From: Myxococcota bacterium
GTDB lineage: Bacteria > Myxococcota > JACRCW01
Assembly: GCA_040752415.1 (NCBI GenBank)
Contig: JBFMGU010000163.1
Span: forward strand, 1 to 24,500
Direction: 5' to 3'
Length of the DNA: 24,500 nucleotides
In this document: positions 8,222 through 18,400 of the stretch, in pieces
How positions within the stretch are numbered: the stretch's first letter is position 1
Layout: every line of letters starts with the position of its first letter
The notes under the pieces: generated by a model
What the model saw: only the letters and a program-made list of their open reading frames with translations
Databases searched by the model: none
Told to the model about the DNA's origin: nothing
Translations under genes and position numbers: made by a program

Positions 8222-9217
8222 TCACTCCGACGGCGCGAAGAGCGCCACCGTCGGAAGATCCTCGAACTCCAACACGCCGAGCTCGGCAAAACGCGGGCGC
8301 AGGAAGTCGTCACTGAGCAGGCCCAGGCGCTTCACGTTGGGGACGATGTTGCTGAAGAGCAGCCGTCGGAAGTGCTGCATCCCCTCGGATTCCAGCGCCA
8401 GGCGCTTGCACTCCTCCACCGGGTAGCCGAGCCGTTCCCACACATCCACGAACAGGAAGCGGTCGCGCAGCGCCACCGAGGCCTCGTAGACGAACTCCTC
8501 GCGCTCGCGTTTCTCGACGGGAGACAGCGTCTTGAAGTGGTCCCGCAGCGCGAAGAGACCAAAGGCCACATGGCGCGCCTCGTCGCGGATGACGAAGTGG
8601 GTGATGTTGCGCAACAGGGGCTCGTCGCCAATGTCCTGGATGAGGTTGAACGCCGCCAGGGCCAGGCCCTCCACCATGATCTGCATGCCCAGGTACTTGA
8701 AGTCCCAGCGGCTGTCGGTGAGCAGCGTGTCCAGCAACGAGCGCAGGTTCTCGTTGCAGGGGTACATGAGCTGGACCTTGTCGCGGATGTAGCGGGCGTA
8801 GACCTCCACGTGCCGCGCCTCGTCCATCACCTGCGTGGCGGCGAACAGCTTGGCGTCGGTGGCCTCCACGGCGCTCACCAGTTGGCTCGTGGCCAGCAGC
8901 GCGCCCTGCTCCCCGTGGAGGAACTGGCTCACCATCCACGCCTGCACGTGGTAGCGCCAGCGACGACGTTCCTTCTCGTCCATGCGTGCGTGGATGTCGG
9001 AGCCGTGCAGCGGGAGGAAGGCGTCCGCGCTGGTCTCCCGCTCAGGGTCGACGGAGATGGTCCAATCCAGGTCCTTCTCGCCGTGCCACTGCAGCTCGCG
9101 GGCCTTGTCGTACAGCGCGAGGAGGCTCCCGGCTTCCTGGCGGTACTTCCAGTCGTACAGGAGGCTGTAGGGCAGCACCCGCACAGCGCTGCCTCGTCCG
9201 GCGGGTTGGAGCGGCAT
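8222..9217 (-). CDS. Ferritin-like diiron protein, AurF/N-oxygenase-like family
   Basis: ATG at 9217 has GGAGGG upstream. Full diiron ligand set: FLHGEQGAL, DEARH, MVEGLAL and a second DEARH. Confidence 0.85.
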   Translation of the reverse strand: MPLQPAGRGSAVRVLPYSLLYDWKYRQEAGSLLALYDKARELQWHGEKDLDWTISVDPERETSADAFLPLHGSDIHARMDEKERRRWRYHVQAWMVSQFLHGEQGALLATSQLVSAVEATDAKLFAATQVMDEARHVEVYARYIRDKVQLMYPCNENLRSLLDTLLTDSRWDFKYLGMQIMVEGLALAAFNLIQDIGDEPLLRNITHFVIRDEARHVAFGLFALRDHFKTLSPVEKREREEFVYEASVALRDRFLFVDVWERLGYPVEECKRLALESEGMQHFRRLLFSNIVPNVKRLGLLSDDFLRPRFAELGVLEFEDLPTVALFAPSE

Positions 9218-9312
9218 GGCTTCCCTCCGACGTGGTGGAAGCATGGACCCGCGAGCGGCGCCGGTTGTTCCACCGCCCATCCCACGTGGACACCAACGGC
9301 CGACGGGTGGCG

Positions 9313-11364
9313 TCACTCCTCGGGCGCGGGGAAGGACACCGTGGCCACCGGGCTGGCCAGGTTGTCGACGTGCGCCACGCGGATGCCGGCGTCGGAGATG
9401 GCGTAGACCATGTCATCCGCCATGACGCTGCGACGCACCGTGGGCGTCCAGAAGAAGCTCCACCGGGAATTGCCGGTGCGCTCGAACAGGTCGGAGACGC
9501 GCACGCTGCCCTTCTCCGTGAAGCCCGTCTCCACGTCGACACCCAGGACCACCAGCTTGCTGTCGAAGGTGCTCCACCCCGAGCCGAAGTCCCAGTCCGC
9601 GAGCGGAATGGCGAGCTGCTTGCGCTCCGGGAAGTAGTTGAACGCCTTGTGCTCGAACGCCGCCTCCGTCCAGCTCGACAGGTCACCCAACAGGTGCGTG
9701 AACGACTCGCGCGGCTGGGCGAAGTCGGTGACGTCGAAGATGGTGAGCTTCATCCCGTTGCGGCGGTTGGTCTCCGCGGAGATGTCCATGCCGATGGTGA
9801 GCAGGTGGTTCTCATCGATGGGATGGATGTACGTGGAGACACCCGGCACCTTCAGCTCACCCACGATGCGCGGCTGGGCCGGGTCGCTGAGATCCACGGT
9901 GAAGAGCGGGTCCACCTGGCGGAACGTGACGAGGAAGCCGCGGTTGCCCAGGAAACGCGCGCTGAAGATGCGCTCCCCGGGCGCCACCTCGTCGGTCTGG
10001 CCCGCCACCACCAGGCGCGTCCCGTCCTGCTTGAGCACCGTCACGCGGTTGGTGGTGGTGAAGCGGTTGTCACTGTCCGCGAAGAACGAAGTGACCGCGG
10101 CCCGCAGGAAGCCGTTGCTCTCGTCGAGCGAGAACTGGTCCACGACGAACCCATCCAGTCCGCCGCTGGCGACGTAGGTGGCGCGCGTGGGGTCGGTGAT
10201 GTCGAACTTGTGCACGTAGGTGTGCTGGCGCTGGCCCGGCTCCGGGAAGAACCACCAGTGGCGGTTGGTGACGTAGAGGGACTCCGTGTTGGCGTACACC
10301 TCGTCCGGCTGCGCCACGACGGAGGAACGGTGCAGGCCGGACTCCGGCGCGTCGAGGTTGAGCGTGGCCACCGTGAGGATGCCCCAGTTCACCGTGGCGT
10401 TGGAGCGCGTGAACTCCGTGCACTCGTGACCCAGCTCCACCGTCTCACCCGTGGGCGTCACCCGACGCGCCGCGGGCAACCAGTGGCTCAGGGTCTGGTC
10501 GCGGATGATGCGCTCGTTGCGGGCCATGAGGTCGTCATAGAGGCGGGAGCGGATGTTCTCCGGGAGGAGGAACGCTGGGCCCTCCAGGCCCCACTGGATG
10601 CTCTCCGGCCAGCGGAAGTGGTCACGCAACACCATGCGCACCGCGGGACCCACCCGACGCGCCTGGTGGTACAGGCCGGGCACGTAGACCTCGTTGAGCA
10701 CGCGCGGCGCGGTCAGCTCGCTCACGTCGACGACGGTCACCTTGGTGGTGTTGGCGTAGTACATCCCGCATTCCAGGCTCAGGCATTGCGGCTTGTGGGG
10801 ATCATCGGCGCGCTCGCTCCACACGGTGGAGAAGATCACCACGCGGTCCTGCTCATCCAGGAACATCTCCTGCGGCCAGCCCTCCACGTCGAGGACGGCG
10901 GTGGTCTGCAGCTCCTGCGCGGGCCAGCTGCGGTTGATGATGAGCTTGCCACCGCTGAGCACGAAGATGCGCGTGCCGTCGTTCTTGACGAAGTCCGCCT
11001 CGTCGACGCCGCGCACCTGCGTGTTGGTCTGCGTGTACGCGCCCGGTCCGCTGTTGCCCGCGCTGCTGGCCATGCCCGCCGAGTCGGATTCCGCCGTGGT
11101 GCTCTCCTCACCGCCGCTGCTGCGCGTGGTGGCGTAGTACGCGTTCCAACGCTTCATGGACTCCAGGTACGTGCGCATGGTCAGCACGGCGGAATCCTCG
11201 ATGTGGGTCTCCAGCTGGTCGCAGCTGGTGATGGGCATCAGCGCGGGCTGCTCCTGGATGGGCTGGTTGGTGACGTCGACGCTGGTCTCACACGCCGCCA
11301 GGGCCACGGCGCCCGCGAGCACCAACGGGCGGCCAAGGCGGGAACGCGAACGGTTGCGCTTCAT
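9313..11364 (-). CDS. Lipoprotein with C-terminal beta-propeller (Beta_propel / COG4880 type)
   Basis: Lipobox LAAC after a basic then hydrophobic leader. Family motifs YTQTNTQVRGVDEADFVKNDG and ERIFSARFLGNRGFLVTFRQVDPLFTVDLSDP...GELKVPG.S.Y.HP. Confidence 0.9.
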   Translation of the reverse strand: MKRNRSRSRLGRPLVLAGAVALAACETSVDVTNQPIQEQPALMPITSCDQLETHIEDSAVLTMRTYLESMKRWNAYYATTRSSGGEESTTAESDSAGMASSAGNSGPGAYTQTNTQVRGVDEADFVKNDGTRIFVLSGGKLIINRSWPAQELQTTAVLDVEGWPQEMFLDEQDRVVIFSTVWSERADDPHKPQCLSLECGMYYANTTKVTVVDVSELTAPRVLNEVYVPGLYHQARRVGPAVRMVLRDHFRWPESIQWGLEGPAFLLPENIRSRLYDDLMARNERIIRDQTLSHWLPAARRVTPTGETVELGHECTEFTRSNATVNWGILTVATLNLDAPESGLHRSSVVAQPDEVYANTESLYVTNRHWWFFPEPGQRQHTYVHKFDITDPTRATYVASGGLDGFVVDQFSLDESNGFLRAAVTSFFADSDNRFTTTNRVTVLKQDGTRLVVAGQTDEVAPGERIFSARFLGNRGFLVTFRQVDPLFTVDLSDPAQPRIVGELKVPGVSTYIHPIDENHLLTIGMDISAETNRRNGMKLTIFDVTDFAQPRESFTHLLGDLSSWTEAAFEHKAFNYFPERKQLAIPLADWDFGSGWSTFDSKLVVLGVDVETGFTEKGSVRVSDLFERTGNSRWSFFWTPTVRRSVMADDMVYAISDAGIRVAHVDNLASPVATVSFPAPEE

Positions 11365-11565
11365 CGGTTTTCTCCACTGCGGTCAGGTCGCCACACGGCT
11401 CCGCAAGGGCCGGGCCACGGGGGCACCTCCGGGAACCGCTGTCTTTCCGCACACTTCCGCGTCACAACGGTGATAACCGCGCGCATCACCCTCAGAGATT
11501 CGGTGATGGGTGGGGACGTCAGTGTGGGATCGAACCCACGGCGGAGATGACCTACGCTCCGCGCC

Positions 11566-12024
11566 ATGATGCATGCGCAGCGACCGCCGTGGGCGTCCTT
11601 CGTGCTCGGCTTCTGCACCGCGTTGATGTTGGTGGGCCTGGGCGGATTGGCCTTGATGACGACGGGAGCGTGGTCAACGGAACCCCCACCCGAGCCGGAG
11701 GTTCCGCGTGTTGACGTCGCGCCCGCGGTGCCGGTGGAGGAACCCACGACGACGGCGGAGCTGCTCATTGGCACCAAGCCGCCAGCGCGCGTGTTCCTGG
11801 ACGGTGAGGACACGCAGCTCACGACGCCCATCTACAAGGGCATTGCGCTCCACACCGCGCCGGGGCGACACACGCTGATGTTCGAGACGGCCGACAACCG
11901 TCGCTACTTCTACGACGTCATCCTCAGCGCCGGCACCAACCGCGTGATCATCATGGGCCTGGGCAACCAGCCGCTCGCGCGCGATCCGTGCCATGCCGAC
12001 TTCGTGCGGGAGGAAATGCCCTGA
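11566..12024 (+). CDS. Small membrane-anchored PEGA-like domain protein
   Basis: N-terminal TM helix, Pro/Glu linker, then LLIGTKPPARVFLDG....TTP.......PGRHTL, a PEGA-like pattern. Confidence 0.7.
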   Translation: MMHAQRPPWASFVLGFCTALMLVGLGGLALMTTGAWSTEPPPEPEVPRVDVAPAVPVEEPTTTAELLIGTKPPARVFLDGEDTQLTTPIYKGIALHTAPGRHTLMFETADNRRYFYDVILSAGTNRVIIMGLGNQPLARDPCHADFVREEMP

Positions 12025-12100
12025 GACGTGGCATCCGTCGCGGGTCGCAGACAGGAATGGCCGCGCCACAGGGATGGATACCGACCTGGTCGGGAGAACG

Positions 12101-15100
12101 CTACGGCGTCACGCACAGGTACATCCCGAAGGTGGTGATGTAACCGGTGTCGGGGGGCGCGGCGTCATACACCTGCAACGTCCACGTCCCGCCCACGGTG
12201 GTCCCATTGAAAGCACTCAGCGGTTCCTGCGGGCGGTACGCTCCGGTGAACGGCGGAAACCCCTCGGCAATCCCTGAAGCGGCCCCGTCGTGGAACACGG
12301 TGGCGGTGAAATCATCCCCGCTCCCGCCCGCGCGCGAAGCCAGAATCACCTCCGTGCCGGTGGGACCCAGGAGCGTCAATTCCATGTCGCTGTCGTAGGT
12401 GTGCGAGATGAAGACCTCCACGCCCAGCGCCACCACCTCGCCCGCGCCGGTGACGTTGATGACGCTTGCCACCTGCGCCACGTCCGGGATGAACACGGGA
12501 GTATCCGTGGCGGAGACGCTCATGCCCGCGTTGGGCGCGTCGCACGGCACCAGGCACGCCGCGGTGGAGGCGCAGCCGGTGTCCCCGCAGTCCGTCTGTC
12601 CATCGTTGTCGTTGTCGACGTTGTCGGCGCAGTCCACCTCCGGTCCGCAGGGCGCGCGCAACGCGCAACCGTAGTCCGCGCAGTCGGTGGCGCCGTCGCC
12701 GTCGTTGTCGAGGTTGTCGGTGCAGCTGCGCTCGTCCGGCCGCTCGCAGGAGCCCACCTGGGCGCAATCCTCGTCCAGGCAGTCCACCGCGTAGTCACCG
12801 TCATTGTCCACGCCGTCGCCGCACGTGGTCTCGACGAATTCGCACGTCCCCACCCCGTCGCAATCCTGGTCACGACAGTCGACCGCGCCGTCGGCGTCGT
12901 TGTCCGTCAGGTCATCACACGTCCGCTCCGGGACCTCACAGAAGCCCACGCCGTCGCAGTCGACGTCGCGGCAGTCGAACTCACCGTCGCCGTCGTTGTC
13001 GAAGACGTCGTTGCAGGTGAGCTCCTGTCCCGGCTCGCAGCCGCTCGCCGTGGCGCAGTCCACGTCGGCGCAGTCGGTGTCACCGTCGCCGTCGTTGTCG
13101 ACGGAGTCGCTGCAGCTCAGCTCCTGGCCGTACTGGCAGGAACCCACCTGGTCGCACTCCTGGTCGGCGCAGTCGGCCTGTCCGTCCAGGTCGTTGTCGT
13201 CGAGGTCGGAGCAGTCCGTCTCCGGCAAGCAGCGGGGGTCACCGCGACAAACGGAGTCCGCACAATCCAGCTCGGCGTTGTTGTCGTTGTCGACGCCGTC
13301 ACGACAGGCCGCGCCCAGCTCGCAGTCGGTGCAGGTGCACAAGAGCAGCTCGAACTGGGTGATCTCTCCCGCGCCGGTGTCGGCGTTCTGCACGCGCAGC
13401 TCCCAGTTGCCGTCCGCGGGCTGACCATGGGCGCGCGACAGCGGCCGGGGCGGGGCCCAGGTGCCGATGAAGGGCGGGAACCCGCTGTAGATGGGACCCT
13501 GCGCAGCGTCGGAAAAAGCCGCGTCGGCAATGGTGTCCAGGTAGGCGTCGTTCCGCAGCAGCAACGTCACGGAAACGCCGTTGGGCGACACCAGCTCCGC
13601 GGACAGGTTGGCCACGCTGAAGGAGTGGGTTGCCCCCATCCGCACGAACACGCGGCTCACCAGCTCCTGCCCCGACGCCGTGGCGACAGCGCTGGCCACG
13701 CCGAGACCGGGCACGGCCACCGGCAACACCTGCGTGATCCCCACCACCGGCGTGTCACCGGCCGGGCACGCGAAGGCCGGGTCACACGCAAGCACCACGG
13801 CGCAGTCACCGTCGGCGCAATCGACGTCACCGTCCCCGTCGTTATCCACGCCGTCACCGCAGCTGCGCTCGACACCAAACTCACAACCCGCCACCCCGTC
13901 GCAATCCTGGTCCGCGCAGTCGGTGACCCCGTCGGCGTCATTGTCCAGCGTGTCATCACAGGTCTGCTCCACGCCGAACTCGCAGCCCGACGCGCCGTTA
14001 CAACCGTAGTCGGTGCAATCCGCGTGACCGTCACCGTCGTCGTCGGTCCCGTCGCCGCAGTTGGCCTCCGCGCGGCACCACGCGCTGGTGGAACAATCGG
14101 TGTCGGCGCAGTCGGTGGCGGTGTCCGCGTCATTGTCCATCCCGTCCTCGCAGGTAAGCTCCGTGCCGAACTCGCAGCCCGCCACGCCGTCGCAGTCGGA
14201 GTCCCGGCAGTCGGTGTTCCCGTCGTTGTCGTTGTCCGCGCGGTCACTGCACGCGGATTCCGGCAGGCAGAACGGGTGCTGCCCGCAGTCGGGATCGTCG
14301 CAGTCCAAAAGGCTGTCCCCGTCGTTGTCCTGGTTGTCGGTGCACACCAGGCCGAACTCACAGCCCGCCGTCCCGTCGCAGGTGCAGAAGTACAAGGTGA
14401 CGTCGCGCAGGATGCCCTGGTCACCCGCGGAGTCGTCGGCCACGGTGACGCGCCACGCACCGGTGGGGGAACGCCCCGTGAGCGGCAGCAGGCTGTCCTC
14501 CGGTCGATAGGCACCCACGTACGGCGGCCGTGCGGTGGCGATCTCGTCGACGGCGCGCTCGACGAAGATGGTGGCGGGGTAACCCAGGCCGGGGTTGTCG
14601 GTGGCCAGGTCCAGGCTTCCGAAAGGCGTGGTGAGGATCACGTCGACGTCGGGATTGAACGGGTGGGTCAACATCAGGCGCACCGCCACCTCCCGCAGCA
14701 GGCCGGTGGCCGTCACGGTGGTGTCGACGTCGATCTGGCCGGGATCCGGAAGCAACGTCATCCCCGCGTCCCCGACGGGCAGCTCCGCGCGGAAGCGGGT
14801 CAGCGTGGTGGCGGGAGGACAGGGGTAGTTGCAGTCCGGCTGCGCGGTGCACTCGGAATCCAGGCAGTCCGCCACGCCGTCACCGTCGTCGTCCAAGCCG
14901 TTGTCACACGCTTCCTGCCCGCCCGAGGAGGAGCTGCTGCTGGAAGAGGTGGAACTCGACGACGAGGAAGTGCTGCTGGAAGTGGAGGTGGCGGTGGACG
15001 ACGTGGCGGAGGACGACGACGCGCTGCTGCTGGACGACGAGCCAAGGTCACACGGCCGACACGCGCCGAACCCCGTGCCATCCGCGCGACAGCTCTGCGT

Positions 15101-15256
15101 TCCCTCCGAGCCATCCGGACAGCTGCACGCCTGTTGCTGCCCCACCTGGCACACGCCGCCGCCGGATGACGACGTGGTGCTGGTGCTGGAGGTGCCGGGC
15201 GCACAACCCGACGACAGAGCAAGCACCGTTCCGGAGAGGAGCAACCACCGCTTCAT
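12101..15256 (-). CDS. Large lipoprotein (1051 aa) with 15 Cys/Asp-rich putative Ca-binding repeats and 3 proprotein-convertase P-domains
   Basis: Start MKRWLLLSGTVLALSSG-C (lipobox), a Cys-rich module and a poly-Ser/Thr linker. C.D..D[ND]D....DC.D..C repeats occur in blocks of 1, 6 and 8, each followed by a P-domain (e.g. ISHTYDSDMELTLLGPTG...GTWTLQVYDAAPPDTGYITTFGM). Confidence 0.9.
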   Translation of the reverse strand: MKRWLLLSGTVLALSSGCAPGTSSTSTTSSSGGGVCQVGQQQACSCPDGSEGTQSCRADGTGFGACRPCDLGSSSSSSASSSSATSSTATSTSSSTSSSSSSTSSSSSSSSGGQEACDNGLDDDGDGVADCLDSECTAQPDCNYPCPPATTLTRFRAELPVGDAGMTLLPDPGQIDVDTTVTATGLLREVAVRLMLTHPFNPDVDVILTTPFGSLDLATDNPGLGYPATIFVERAVDEIATARPPYVGAYRPEDSLLPLTGRSPTGAWRVTVADDSAGDQGILRDVTLYFCTCDGTAGCEFGLVCTDNQDNDGDSLLDCDDPDCGQHPFCLPESACSDRADNDNDGNTDCRDSDCDGVAGCEFGTELTCEDGMDNDADTATDCADTDCSTSAWCRAEANCGDGTDDDGDGHADCTDYGCNGASGCEFGVEQTCDDTLDNDADGVTDCADQDCDGVAGCEFGVERSCGDGVDNDGDGDVDCADGDCAVVLACDPAFACPAGDTPVVGITQVLPVAVPGLGVASAVATASGQELVSRVFVRMGATHSFSVANLSAELVSPNGVSVTLLLRNDAYLDTIADAAFSDAAQGPIYSGFPPFIGTWAPPRPLSRAHGQPADGNWELRVQNADTGAGEITQFELLLCTCTDCELGAACRDGVDNDNNAELDCADSVCRGDPRCLPETDCSDLDDNDLDGQADCADQECDQVGSCQYGQELSCSDSVDNDGDGDTDCADVDCATASGCEPGQELTCNDVFDNDGDGEFDCRDVDCDGVGFCEVPERTCDDLTDNDADGAVDCRDQDCDGVGTCEFVETTCGDGVDNDGDYAVDCLDEDCAQVGSCERPDERSCTDNLDNDGDGATDCADYGCALRAPCGPEVDCADNVDNDNDGQTDCGDTGCASTAACLVPCDAPNAGMSVSATDTPVFIPDVAQVASVINVTGAGEVVALGVEVFISHTYDSDMELTLLGPTGTEVILASRAGGSGDDFTATVFHDGAASGIAEGFPPFTGAYRPQEPLSAFNGTTVGGTWTLQVYDAAPPDTGYITTFGMYLCVTP

Positions 15257-15411
15257 GAGCGCACCGAGGAGGGAGGACACAATCCGCTCCTTGTAGCACC
15301 CGCCGGGCGGGCTCATCGAGGATGTGACGGATGCCGCATGTCCACGCGTGACGTGCGTGGCCGTGATCACACGTGGCGGATGTCGTCGGGGAATGGTACC
15401 GAAGGGCGGAT

Positions 15412-18400
15412 ATGCGTACCCATGGCCTGTCATGTGTCTCCCTGGTCCTGACGGCGGGCGCGGTGGTTGGCGGCTGCGTCTACCCCTTTGAGCCCACGCC
15501 CGCGGAGCGCTTTGCTGGCGACGTCACCGGCCTGATGGTGGGCGTTCCCCCCGGCGAGATCGGCGTCCGTCCGCTGGCGGGCGCGCGCGTGGCACTGCGC
15601 CGCAGCTCCGTGGTCCGCACCACGCGCGCCGACGGGAAGTTCACCATCCGCAACCTCCCGGAAGGCGACCACGTGCTGGTGGCGACGTGGGATCGCAACC
15701 AGGACGGCAACGCGGAGCTGCGCGCGCAGGTCACGGTGCCCATCAAGATCCGCGCCGGTGACGCCCGTCGTCCCTGGGTGGACCTGGGCTCGGTGGAGCT
15801 GCTGCCGCCCTCGACGATCCACGGTCGCGTGGCGGGGCTGGCGGACTTTGCGCCGGCGCTGGTGACGCTCCGGGACACCGACGAGGTGGTCTTCCCCGAC
15901 CCCACCACGGGCGAGTTCACGATCGAAGGCGTGGGCGCGGGGCCGTGGGAGATCGTGGCGGCGGCGCCGGGGATGATGAGCGCGGTGCAGCAGTTCACGG
16001 TGGGCGCGGGCGTGGAGATGACGCTGGGCGAGCCGTTGACGTTGACCACGCTGGTGGACCTGGGTCGCGTCTCGGGCACCGTGGTGCTCCCGCCCGACCA
16101 GCAGACCTCCGCTTCCACGCTGGCGCAGGGCCTGGGCGAGAACGCGCGTTTCCGCCTGGTCAACCTGGCCACTCCCGAGGGCGACGAGCTGTCCACGCTC
16201 AGCGGCCTGGACTTCAACATCGAGGAGCGCGCCGGGGTGTACGTGCTGGAGCTGGACCTGGGCGAGGAGCTGCTCCCGGTGCGCATTCCCGGCGTGGTCA
16301 TCACTCCCAACACCATCGCCACGCTGGGACAGATTGTCTCCTCCTACAGCCCCGGCGCCGGCTGCACCGACCTCGACGACGACGGACTGTGCCTCATCAT
16401 CGAGGAGAACCACCCGTGCCTGGAGGCGTGTCGCGAGCAGGGCACCAACCTCACCGTGGCGTGCGTGGCGGCGGGCACGCCCTGGGATTGCGACGACGAC
16501 GGGGACGGCCAGGCCGACGCCGAGGAACGCCTGGGCAGCCTCACGGGAGAGCCACCGTGCCGCTGCGGTCCCGAGGGTACGGTGCAGGGTCCCACCTGCG
16601 AGAATGACCCGCTGCGCTCCGACCTGGACCTCGACGGAATCTGCGACCTCTACGACCGCTTCCCGCGCTGCCGGTACAACAATGCCGCGTGCGTCCCGGA
16701 GGGCGGCCCCGACGCTGGCCCACGACCCGACGCGTCGGCGGGAGAGGACGCGGGCGTGACGACGTTGGACGCCGGTGTCGACGGGGATGCCGCGGTGACG
16801 ACGCAGGACGCCGGTGGGGCCGACGCGAGCGCGCCCGGGAGTGACGCCGGAGCGCCCGACGCGGCGGTCGACGTCGACGCGGGCAGCACGGATGCGGGCT
16901 CCCTGCCGGACTTCCCCGCACCGGTGCTGGTCATCCCCACCTCGTCGAGCTTCACCCCGGTGGCGGTCTCGGTGTCGCCCAGCGGCGGCTTCCACGTGCT
17001 GGGCCAGGCCTTCAGCGCGGTGGACCTGGGTCCCGCGTGCCAGACCGTCGTCTCTGGACAGGGCTACGCCGTGGCGCATTTCTCCGCGACCGGAGATTGC
17101 CTCTGGCTGGCCGTGCAGCAGTACGACTTCAAGGCGGATGCCGATCTCCAGGCGCTGGCCATGACCACCACCGACGATGGTCGCGTGGCGGTTGCCGGCA
17201 TTGCGCGCGGGCGCGTGGACTTTGGCGGCGGCGCGCAGGACCTGGGCAACACGGAGTCCATGTACCTGACGGTCTACAACACCGCGGGCCAGCTCAAGGG
17301 TTTCCGCAGCATCCTCGACGTCCGTCCCACGCCGTTAGGGCTCCTGCCCATCCCGCAGGGTTTTGCCGTCTCCGGGACGGTGGAGAACGCCAACGGCGTG
17401 GAGCTCAGTCCCACCATCTCCCTCGCTCGCCTGGGCGCGGCGTCACGACTGGCGGTCTTCGTGGCGGCGTTCAACCACGACCTCTCCGAGGTGTTGCGCG
17501 GCGACCTCGTGGAAGGCGCGGAGAGCCGCGAGGATCGTCGTCCGCTCACCCTTGCTCCCGACGGCGCGCTGGCCATGGTGAGCGACGGCAGCGCGGTGCT
17601 GTCCCGACGCTGGGCGGATGGAACGCAGGCGGCCACCGAGCCGAATGTGACCCGGGGCGCCGACGAGAAGCTCTTCGTCCTCAAGATCCCTCCCACCCTC
17701 ACCGGCCCCTCGACGTTGGCCTCCCTGGACCTGCAGGTGCGTCCCGTCGTCGGTGTCGACGGAGCCCAGCTGGACGTGGTGGCGGCGGGCAAGGATGCGC
17801 AGGGCCTGACCATGGCGCTCTACTCCCGGGGGATGGACGTGGAGCTGCCCGACAGCACGGTGATTCCGGGCGTTGTCGACGGGCGCGTCCTCTCCATCTC
17901 CCTGGGGAACACGAACAACCTGCGCGGCGTGGCGCACCAGGGCGGCGGGTACGACTACAGCCCCAGCGCCGTGGACGTGCAGGCGGGCGAGGTCATGACG
18001 GCGGCCACGTTCCCCAAGGGTATGTTCACCGCCGACGGCAACGGCGCATGGTCCACGGTGTACGCACCGGTGGTTTCGACCGCGTCCACGTCGACGGCGG
18101 CGTTCACGTTCCTGGACGGCGCCACCGGCGCATTCCGCGCGGGCGTGATGGCCTACCCGTTGACCTCCGCCAACTACGACGGGGCCTACGTGCATGCCGC
18201 GGACCGGTTCCCCGACGGGACGGTGCTGGCGGTGGGGTTCACCTACGGTGACGTGGTGTTTGGCACGCAGCTGGACTGCAACGGTGTCCCGACGGGCGGC
18301 GACACCGTGTCGAGCACGGGGATGTTCCTCTGGAAGTTCACCCCCACGCCCGACCCCGCCTGCATCCCGACGACGGCCGGGCCGCCGGACGGCGAGTTGG

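Noticed and set aside
8986..11550. 854-aa plus-strand ORF
   Set aside because: Antisense shadow of the beta-propeller lipoprotein. GC3 bias on the real strand suppresses stops, and the translation has no family motifs.
11507..11600. Canonical tRNA gene
   Set aside because: The T-loop has 6 nt instead of 7, there is no proper D-arm or 7-nt anticodon loop, and extra bases precede the acceptor strand. Kept only as a low-interest finding.
12290..15169. 959-aa plus-strand ORF
   Set aside because: Shadow of the Cys/Asp repeat lipoprotein. Its Val-rich repeats are the reverse complement of Asp codons.
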